Origin: Epiperipatus broadwayi
Lineage: Eukaryota; Animalia; Onychophora
DNA: 64,000 nucleotides
Direction of reading: 5' to 3'
NCBI GenBank assembly: GCA_028023455.1
Contig: JAQFVV010000003.1
Location: 19,406,001 to 19,470,000 of the forward strand
Positions 54,461 through 64,000 of this stretch are shown here, piece after piece; the stretch's first letter is position 1; every line of letters starts with the position of its first letter. The notes under the pieces are model-generated. The model was not told the origin of the DNA. It made no database searches and saw only the letters and a list, made by a program, of their open reading frames with translations. Made by a program: the position numbers and the translations under genes.

Positions 54461-55925
54461 AAGTGGTTTATAAATAGTACATGTATATTGTAATTATTTT
54501 TATGATTCAAATATATTTAAGTTTACATACATACAGTTTAAATTTGTTTTGATAATATAAAAATTTCACTTAGGTTTATTTATTATTAATAATTAGAAGA
54601 GTAAGTTCTTTACTTTTCAAACAAATAAATTATTAGTTTTAAAGAAACATATACAAACAATTTTGTATAAATATTATAAATTTGTATGGATGAATTTAAG
54701 GCAATATTGAATAAATTATTTGAGATCATTAAGCAATGTTAATGCTTTAAATATGAATGATTATTTAAATTTTATTTTATATATATTAAATGAATCATAA
54801 ACTTCTTGCAAGTAATAGTATAATTTAATCAATATAATTTCATAAATTTATCTGTTGTTTTTTATGAAGATGTGGAGTTTGGGGTGTATGTAATATTTGT
54901 ATTAAATAAAGATTATTAACAGCTGTGTAGATGTTACATTATTCCAAGATTGAAGTTATATTATATGTATATTACTCAGTATTGAGTATATAAAGACTGC
55001 AGATGTGGAATTCCTTATTTTTACTGTTAGTATGATATATATGCTTGCAGATGTGCATTCCTGCTTTATGTTAATTAATGATAATTGTGCTCTTTAATTT
55101 TATATATTTTAACATTCCATATCTTACAGTGGAAATCCTGACATACAATGATTAGCTCATTGCTTCTTAATGCATATTTGTATAAAAATGTTTATGGGTA
55201 TATATATATATATATTTATGCATGCATCTACTTGATTATATTTAACTATTATGATCAATATTGATGTATTATATGTACATGTTTCGTCTTTTCTTCTTCA
55301 CATTGAACTTGAATAAACAGTAAGAATAAGTTCTAGTGTTGCTGTTGGTAAGAAATTTAATTTATTGAAATTAACACATATAATGTGGCAAATATTTTGA
55401 TCATGAATTTTAAACTTTATTCAAAGATCTCATTTTCATGTTTAAATATCTGAATTTTTTGTGCACACTCATAAATGATACATTTAAATATAATAAACCA
55501 TATTACAGAATTCAAACAAAATTGAGTAATATTGCCATTAGAGAAATTAAATTACATAATAATAGAGTCTCATAAAGTAAAGCATTATAATTAATAATTA
55601 TAAAATTTGATTTTATAGTTAGTTTAATTTTCTGGGTATATTTTTACTGATTTTGGCTTCCCATGGTGCGCTGGGTACTTGTGGATAATATTGTAATCAT
55701 TAATAAGCTATAGTAACTTTGGCACTACAATATGATCATCAAACCATTTATTTTAGTTGTTAGTTTATTATTTTATTTACCATTAGTTAATAAACATATA
55801 TAGTTACTTGCTGATTATACAATTTTTTTAAATGAGAAATATACTTATAATGGTTTCATCTTTCATCACTCACTCATATTTCTGACTATTACAATATGTT
55901 TATACAAACATACATGAATGGATTA

Positions 55926-56291
55926 AACCATTAAACATCACATGATCACTATTTCTTATGCTTACACAAGCTGTTTACATAGAGGCAAAACTCTCATTAT
56001 AGCAGTGCCACCAGTGCAAGCCAGGGTAATCAATGGATGCAAGAAGATTTATGCATAAAATCCCTATCTAGTGCCTACTCATTCAATATCCCCAGACTAG
56101 TTTCTAGCTTGTGACTTTCTTCAGTGAGGAGCCTTGGATCTGAGAGCTCTGTACCTAGATCTTAGGATCCAATGCAAACCATTGAATGAATAGGTACTAG
56201 ATAGGGATTTTATGCATAAATTTTCTTGCATCCATTGATTATTCTGGCTTGCACTGGTGGCACTACTATATGGAGTGTTTAGCCTCTGTGT
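55926..56291. mobile_element. Family A fold-back insertion, 12-bp TSD
   Basis: ATGAATGGATTA at 55914-55925 and 56292-56303. 56181-56290 is the inverse of ~55977-56087. Confidence 0.88.
56085..56137 (-). ncRNA. Type I hammerhead motif, family A (core intact)
   Basis: Minus strand: CCTCA-CTGAAGA-A-AGT cacaa GCT-A-GAAA-CTAG-TC-TGGGG. Confidence 0.75.
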
Positions 56292-59200
56292 ATGAATGGA
56301 TTACAATACTTAAAAAATATATTCATAAAAAATAAATATAAGATATCTAAATATATTGAATCTATATATATATTTATTAAGTAATAAATCATAGATTTAT
56401 GCTTTACACTTGTCAAAATTATACTAATAATAAAGTTGTGCTAACACGCATCATATATCATAAAGCTGTATAAATTAACAAATTACAGTAATTGTAGTCA
56501 ACAAATTAAAATGGTTAAGCGCTTTCGAAAAAGTATATTTCTTATAATCATAGCCTGTTATGACTCACTCATTGGAATCATTATATATGTACAATATACA
56601 AACTTTATGCAAATGAGTCAATTAGCCCATCATTTGGATATAGCAAAACATGATTCTTTGTACATGCAACATAACTATTAATATAATTTATAAATTAAAA
56701 AGTGATGACATAAATCAGATTAATACTGTACCCTCAAATGAACTCATTGTAAACTCACTTAGCAATGAACTCATTAAAGAGTATTCTGTTTCATATATCA
56801 GATGCATGTAAAAAAAGATCCTAGTGTAACCTAACATTTGTATTATGTAAATTTTACATAACATTCTTTCATATTGGCTTTGAATGTGATAATAAAAAGA
56901 ATTATGCTATGCTTTTAAATAGGGTGAATCTATGCATATATATATACACACAGGGTGTATACTTTTAATTACATAAACTGTGTAAAGTTAGATTGTTTTT
57001 TTTAAAAAACCAATAAGAATAATTTATCAAAGACACTATTAAATAATACTAATTGTTCCTGTCTCATAAATGCCAAATTAATTCAAAAATGTCAACATTT
57101 ATTGTGATATTTGATTTATGATTTCATTATGAAAATTTCATTTTCTTTTTTTTAATATTATTTTTAAGGTTTCAACTTCAATTTATAACTTTTTTATTTA
57201 TTTCATATGTATATATTTGTCAAATTGGACATGTAGGAAGTTTAAAAGATCTATTGAAAACAGATTGTATAATTCTAAACAATGATTTGGTTAAAAAAAA
57301 AAAAGAGAGACTATTATAGTAACAATAAATTATGTGATCATCATCGATGGCAGTTGGACAATGTTATAATATTGTTTTAGTATTATGGTTTAACACAGTA
57401 GTAGAATGGCATATTAAACAACTAAAAGATTCTGAATTTGTTCTCAGCTAAATAAAAAAGTATTTCAATTGATGGGAACTATAGTGCATAAATCATACCC
57501 ATTGGTGCTTAAATATCAGTGTTATGGTTATATTTTTCTGTTAGAAAACAATTTTTTTAAGTTAATAAATAATAAGATACAAATAAAATAATATTAAAAC
57601 ATTTATTGCATCTATTTATAGTAATAATATATTGGAAGAATGTTTATTATCTAGTTATAGTTGGTGAAATTATAAATGTGTAGTTATTAGCAATAACAGT
57701 TAAAAGATTGAAGGAATACTGTGACTCCTAATAAAATCTTACTACTTTTAATCACAATGGCTGGCCTTATGAAAGGTATGAGTTATTTGCTCTATCAGTT
57801 TTCTGCTTCAGTTTTGAACATGCTAAACTGCATATTAGTAATTAGTAGACAATATGCATTACTATCACAGTAATTCCAGACTGTGAGTTACTGCTCTAAA
57901 TATGACAACAAATCTTTGACTTTTTGTCTCCCAAAAGAACCTCCATTTTATAGCCAGCTCATGAACAATCAAATTTATTTTGTTTACATTACTGTTGTTT
58001 AATTGACAGTTCTATTTTATCTAAGAAGCTCTATAGTTTGAAAAAGTTTATTTTTAAAAGTGAGCTTATGGTTAGTCCACAATATTCACATGATCTCATG
58101 AATAACTAATCATAATTATTATAGTATACTTATTATGAGATACACTTTAAAATTCAAAAAATAATAATCAATTCATATAGAAAATTAAACTATATAATTA
58201 CACTATTTTCTTTCAATAGACACTAGATGAAAAATCATTCATAAGGCTTGTTTTGATTGGCAATAGCTGCTGTTAATGGTAAATTTCTATCTCCAACCCA
58301 AAACCAATCACTACTATAAAGTAAATCAATAGGCACTATATGGCAATGCAAACAGAACTCCATGACTGATTTCAAAATAAATAACATTGTCCAGGCATAA
58401 ACATTATTCTTCTACATCTTCCAAAAAGCCAATTAGCCAAAAGAACACAGACATGAGAAAGTAAATTATCTGGTGTCGATTGCTTTAGTATCTGCACAAA
58501 TAGTTCTATATTGATGCAGAGTTAAGTCACTATTATAAATGTTTAATTCCATAAGAAAGACAATCAGAAAGGTACTAATCATGTGAATCTGCACTTCCAA
58601 TTAGTGCTTTTTGATTCATACAATGCTTGCGTTGTCGATTATATTATCAAACAGAGATCGCTAATGTTTAAATCAGATCAATGAACGATTAAAAAAAAAG
58701 TTATTACACTCAATGCTGGCTAAAAAAAATAACAACTAATCATTTAATAATATTCATCCTAAAAATGCAATCATGTAAAATATGTCACTTAGAAATAAAA
58801 AATATAATGTATCTAATCATTCTTTTTATTTTTAGTCATAACAAACTTTATTAAAGAATGGAAAAAGAGATGTTAACCTCATGTAATTTTATAAAGTGCA
58901 AAAAACTAAACAATTAAAAAAATAAAGAGATATTGGATATTAAGATATAAATATAAAAAGAATAATTAAGATGGATATATTTAAAAGTCTGAGAAACTAT
59001 GGGAGAAAAGAATATTTATTGAAGAACCAAAAAAAGGAAGGGGGTGTAGTGGTGATGCTGATTTATGCACAATTTAACAACAAAGCAGTTATAACAAACA
59101 TATAATACAAAATGCCGAAAAGTGTGGGAGGGGAGAGAGTTGATAAATAATTCTTAGACAATAAATTATTACATTTACAATAAAAAAAAACATTATTTAT

Positions 59201-59546
59201 AAATACATTATATTTTGAAAACTTTTACCTTTATTAATTTCAGTTATATTGAAATTCAATATTACAACAAATACTACAAATCAAATAAAATTATAGATAA
59301 AATCATTTTCCATAAAAGCATTCTGGTGTAAATTTTCAATCTTAATGTTATCTATATCGACCAATAAAATAATTTAATAAAGACATTTTTTAATGGCTTT
59401 TTGCAGGATTAACAAAAAGACAAACAAAATCCAAAAAAAACTAGAAAAAATAATTTCAAATGTTAAATTTCTTAATTAAAAAAACCTTTTGGTTCAAAGC
59501 AATCAATAACATGAGATATTATATTACTACAAATATTCATAAAAAT

Positions 59547-59670
59547 AACTGAATGGCTTTATTGCTTGAGAGTTCATAAAAAGTTCAAGCACCAGAAGCA
59601 ACAAAACTGGTTATGATCCTGTGATCTCAAACTTCAGAGTCCATTACTGTACCACTACATCAAACCATAC
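59547..59670 (-). mobile_element. tRNA-derived SINE (family E)
   Basis: The reverse complement GGTTTGATGTAGTGGTACAGTAATGGACTCTGAAG..GATC resembles tRNA-Gln(CTG) heads (TGGACTCTGAA). The tail is gaactttttatgaactctcaagcaataaagccattc. Confidence 0.7.
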
Positions 59671-59921
59671 AGGACACATAACTATATAAACTTCTCAAAA
59701 GAACACTTTTTTTTTTAGCTCTGGTATATTTTCACAAACATGAGTAATTTGCCAATACCAGATGGTAGTACTAAAATCCTAGACCAAATTTCATTCTTTT
59801 CACATTGTTTTAATATGAAATATGATATTACCTTTTTTTTTGCTCTTTTGCTTTTATCAATGCTTTTTATTATTATTTTTGTTCCTTTTTTTTGTTGTTG
59901 TTGCTCTTTTGGTTTTATCAA

Positions 59922-60692
59922 TCCTCCTCCTCCTCCTCCCTCCTCCTCCTCCTCCTCCTCCTCCTCCTCCTCCTCCTCCTCCTCCTCCTCCTCCTCCTCC
60001 TCCTCCTCCCTCCTCCCTCCCTCCTCCTCCTCCTCCTCCTCCTCCTCCTCCCTCCTCCTCCCTCCTCCTCCTCCTCCTCCCTCCTCCTCCTCCTCCTCCT
60101 CCTCCTCCTCCTCCTCCTCCTCCTCCTCCTCCTCCTCCTCCTCCCTCCTCCTCCTCCTCCTCCTCCTCCTCCTCCCTCCTCCTCCTCCTCCTCCTCCTCC
60201 TCCCTCCTCCTCCTCCTCCTCCTCCTCCTCCTCCCTCCTCCTCCTCCTCCTCCCTCCTCCTCCTCCCTCCTCCTCCTCCTCCTCCCTCCTCCTCCTCCTC
60301 CTCCTCCTCCTCCTCCTCCTCCTCCTCCCTCCTCCTCCTCCTCCTCCTCCCTCCTCCTCCTCCTCCTCCTCCTCCTCCCTCCTCCTCCTCCTCCCTCCTC
60401 CTCCTCCTCCTCCTCCTCCTCCCTCCTCCTCCTCCCTCCTCCTCCTCCCCTCCTCCTCCTCCTCCTCCTCCCCTCCTCCTCCTCCCTCCTCCTCCTCCTC
60501 CTCCTCCTCCTCCTCCTCCTCCTCCTCCTCCTCCTCCTCCTTCTTCTTATTCTTCTTCTTCTTATTCTTCTTCTTCTTCTTCTTATTCTTCTTCTTCTTA
60601 TTCTTCTTCTTCTTCTTATTCTTCTTCTTCTTCTTCTTCTTCTTCTTATTCTTCTTCTTCTTCTTCTTATTCTTATTATTATTATTATTATT
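59922..60692. repeat. Compound microsatellite (CCT)n > (CTT)n/ATT > (ATT)n
   Basis: About 620 bp of CCT with single-base phase slips (59922-60540), CTT runs punctuated by ATT (60541-60672), then pure TTA (60673-60692). Confidence 0.97.
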
Positions 60693-61225
60693 TCTTAATA
60701 ATTTCAAATGTATAGGAGTTAACAGCCTTTTAACTCTTAAAGGCTACATGCAGTATACTGTAATGTATCAATTTTCAAATGTCTTACTTTCATAGCATTT
60801 TGTAAATTGAATACCTGTTCATCTCAGCACCATCCTAAATATGTCTCTAATTTTCAAAAATCAAATTAATTTGAATTTAGTTCACATAGTGTAAATTTTA
60901 TGGTCCCCTTTTCAGATTTAGTGGTATCTCACACTGCCTGTATTCTAAATGGTTGTAAATTTTATGTGTTTCGCAAATGATTACTTTTTTTTCTTCCAGT
61001 TTTTAAGACAAATATTATAAAACTTATTACAACTAATGCTTACAATAATAAAAAATAAATTTATTTTGTTATAACCAATTATAAAAAATCAATCAAATAA
61101 ATTCTGTTAAACAAAAGTAATTTCATTTTTCTATTTTTGCAATTTTATGACTATATTTCTTTTTTAATATATATACAAATATTTTAATAGTTATTGTAAA
61201 TAATGCGATAAAGATTTACTATAGC

Positions 61226-62069
61226 GGCCCCAATATGTTGGCCCTTTATTGATTAAAATTATAACTAAATTGTTGGAAAATCTCACATATATGCTACGAT
61301 ATTACAATTACATTAAAATTTATTCAAATGTAAAAGATAATAAAAAAACATTTACCTTTTTAAGCATATTTGTGTCCTATGCATATTAGGAAGTTGGAGA
61401 AAAAAGTGATATTGCTGTGTCTACTCCGGAAGGCAAATTCATGCAGGTACGATGAAAACAAAGCTCTGCTGGTACCAGATTGGAATTTCAGCTTACTCTT
61501 TGCTCTCATCCACATATTTTTAATATTCTGAGTGTGTATGTTTTGGTCTTCAGGATGCACGAAGTTGTCCTGATGGACGACAACCGAATGCATATACACA
61601 TCATTGTTGAGACTGCAGGTGTTATTGTATGCAGCCCAGCCATCTGAAATAATGTGTGCACCTGGTAAAATGTACTGCTGTATCAGGCCCTCCAGTGTAT
61701 CAGCCATCCTGTCTGGAACTTCTGTCAAGAAGCACTTTCTTGATACTCTTTCTAGATCACCAAAGACCATTTTTTTCAACTATAAAACTGTACATGTGTG
61801 CGTGTAATTCAAGCTGGTGAACACAGAGGGTGTCTTCTTTTTTGTAATGTGCTATAAATGTAGATAGTTTAAATTCTTAACTTTCAAATAAATTAAAACT
61901 AATTCTTTTAATTAATGTCGTGTAATTAATCCAACATTCAAATTCTTTAAAAAGGTAAATGTTTTTTTTTTTATCTTTTACATGTAATTGTAATATAGTA
62001 GCATATACCTAAGATTTTCCAACAATTTAGTTATAATTTTAAACAATAGAGGGCCAACATATTGGAGCC
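61226..62069 (-). mobile_element. Merlin (IS1016/IS1595-like) DNA transposon, deletion derivative
   Basis: ~130-140 bp TIRs start GGCCCCAATATGTTGGCCC / end GGGCCAACATATTGGAGCC. Imperfect 8-bp TSD ACTATAGC (61218-61225) / ACTATATA (62070-62077). Internal ISXO2-like transposase remnant. Confidence 0.88.
61360..61779 (-). pseudogene. Truncated ISXO2/IS1595-family DDE transposase
   Basis: VFGDLER..KCFL.EVPDR.ADTL..LIQQYILPG..IISDGWAAY..HSVVVH..NFV..IHTQNIKNMW..RAK..SYLHEF.FR. The N-terminal part with the first catalytic D is missing, and the expected NIENxW reads NIKNMW. Confidence 0.85.
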
Positions 62070-62621
62070 ACTATATAATAAACCTTTACCAATAATGCTT
62101 ATAATTAAAAATCAAATTTGAAATATTTATATAAAACAGATTCGCTTCTTAGAAGTAGTATGACAGACCACTTGTAGCATTTACATTATTATACCATTCT
62201 CCGCCACTGCACATTAATTTGCTTTTTTAAAAAATGTTAATTCTGAAGAGCACTGCTAGACATTCAAAACTGCAAAAAAACAACAATAATAAAAATGCAT
62301 TTAAAAAATAAAAAAAGTTTTTAAAGAGGAATATAATATTTTTTTATTGCCTCATTCCCTGGAAAGTATTGAATTTATACTATACCCAAACAATAATTAT
62401 TTTTTTACTCATATGCTATTTAAGCTAAATAACCCAAAATTTTCAAACATTCTAAGCCAATTTATTGATCTAGCAGTAATATTGCATCTTTTTATATAGT
62501 TAAATAGAATGAAAATAGAGAATGCCATTATCAGACAAAATTACTAAAACTATTAAAAGTTATAAACTAACTATATTATTTAAGTTCAAGTATAGTGTAT
62601 ATACTTAAACTAAATGTAATT

Positions 62622-63285
62622 AGAGTGGAGAAGATTGAAACCTATCCATTAAAGTTTGAAGATTTGCTATTTTAAAATAAAACTGAGCACTGAATACATA
62701 TATATGGGTGGGTGATGATGATCAGGACCAAATGATGAATGCTGTTTTCAGCATGAAATACATATATTACAGATCATATATGTTTTTCGCATCTGTGTGG
62801 ACATGTGTATTGGATATGTAAGATGGAGTGGATAGCTGAAGGGAATTTGAAAGTCTCCGCTCTAATTACATTTAGCTTAAATATATATTTTCTGCCCATC
62901 CCTCTTTTGTGTATTTAAATGGCTTTAAGGCCCTGCATATGAGGGGTCAGAATGATTTATGATCAACATGGGTATGACAATAAAATTGGTAAACAACAGT
63001 TTTGAACATACCATCATCAGATTTTCATATGGATGGTTGGAGAATGGAGAAGATTAAAGCCTGACCATTAAAGTTTGAAGATTTGCTATCTTAATATAAA
63101 CTGAGCACTGATTATATATATATGTGTGGGAGATGATGATCCAGACCAAGTGATGAGTACTGTTTCAGCATGAATACAAATACTGAAGATCATTTATCTT
63201 TTTCAAGGATGTGGTTATGTGTATTGGTTGCATAAGATGGAATGAATGACCGAAGGGAGCTTGAAAGTCTGGGTTCAAATCGCTT
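62622..63285 (+). mobile_element. Family D partial tandem (1.6 monomers) with two decayed hammerheads
   Basis: 62622-62855 is repeated at ~63045-63285. Cores at 62732 (ATGATGA..ATGCTG tttt CAGCAT GAAA TACATA TA) and 63150 (GTGATGA GTACTG ttt CAGCAT GAA) are 418 nt apart. Confidence 0.88.
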
Positions 63286-64000
63286 CTAAATAAACTATTA
63301 TATTATATAAAATTATTATATATAAATAATAAATGGAAAATATTACTGACATTTTTTTAAAAAAATCACAAGACAATTGCAACAACATTACAAAAAAATA
63401 ATTCATCATATTATATGGAATCTCATAGATCCAGCATTATAGAATTAATGTATAGTTTTATACTTTTACAAAAATGTATTTCAAAAAAGAAGAACGACTT
63501 CAAATAATTCTACTCATAGAATATTCAAGTCAAAGAGAAGCCACTCTGCAATTTAACAGAGTCTCCAAATATCACAAATTTAAGTTAGAACTATTATAAA
63601 AACAAAACAATTACATGAAAAATCATGTAGTTGATATTTAAAAAAAAGAAAAATGAAACTGCTCTTTCTTGCTCAAAGTACCAGAATTCCTTGAAAAATT
63701 TCTACCAATTATTAACTATTGTTAAGAGTATCCAAAAACAGAATCCTATTATCCATATAAAATTTTGCTCCTATAGAAGTTAAACATAAATAATCTCAAT
63801 CTACAAATAAAATATTGTGGATGTGCACATGCAAATTTCTTTTTAAGACGCGCACAGCTCATGAAACACTACTTCCAATTATTATATAATTTTGATTGTT
63901 AATTAATAAATTGATCTCAGAAGTCAAAACTATTCATTTATGAATCTACAGTCAGTATGAATCATTCCATTCAAAAAATGAATTGAATCTTTTTAAATAA

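Noticed and set aside
56945-56960. CAGGGTG Tc1/mariner-like TIR start (also ~33725)
   Set aside because: No partner TIR or TA TSD pair found.
6888-58000. The many 60-110 aa ORFs in the track
   Set aside because: Low-complexity F/I/K/L/N-rich translations expected by chance in AT-rich DNA, or antisense/off-frame reads of TE fossils (e.g. 15264, 27093, 53319, 53523).
59715-60795. Four long ORFs (268-351 aa) of poly-E/G/R/P/S/L
   Set aside because: By-products of a stop-free CCT/CTT microsatellite; no splice context or complex sequence.

Overview
Very AT-rich (roughly a quarter GC by eye), CpG-depleted eukaryotic DNA, most likely an invertebrate (arthropod-like) intergenic region or large intron. 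No intact host gene is evident; the only candidate is one weak exon at 1-75. The window is dense with transposon remnants: a 5'-truncated RTE LINE plus three RTE fragments, a Buster/Charlie hAT derivative with a perfect 8-bp TSD, a Merlin (IS1595-like) derivative, a non-autonomous Helitron with a nested LTR-like piece, a probable solo LTR, Ty3/gypsy fossils, six copies of a tRNA-derived SINE, and a ~770-bp compound CCT>CTT>ATT microsatellite. The most notable structure is one the ORF track misses: two unrelated non-coding repeat families each carry a minimal type I hammerhead ribozyme. Both form partial tandems with ~420-456-nt monomers. Family A also forms fold-back insertions, three of four flanked by exact 12-bp target-site duplications. 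Two or three further fold-back insertions share that architecture, and faint Penelope-like RT and GIY-YIG-region fossils may mark autonomous partners. Together this looks like a Penelope-like/retrozyme (self-cleaving, potentially circular RNA) system. All alignments were done by eye.
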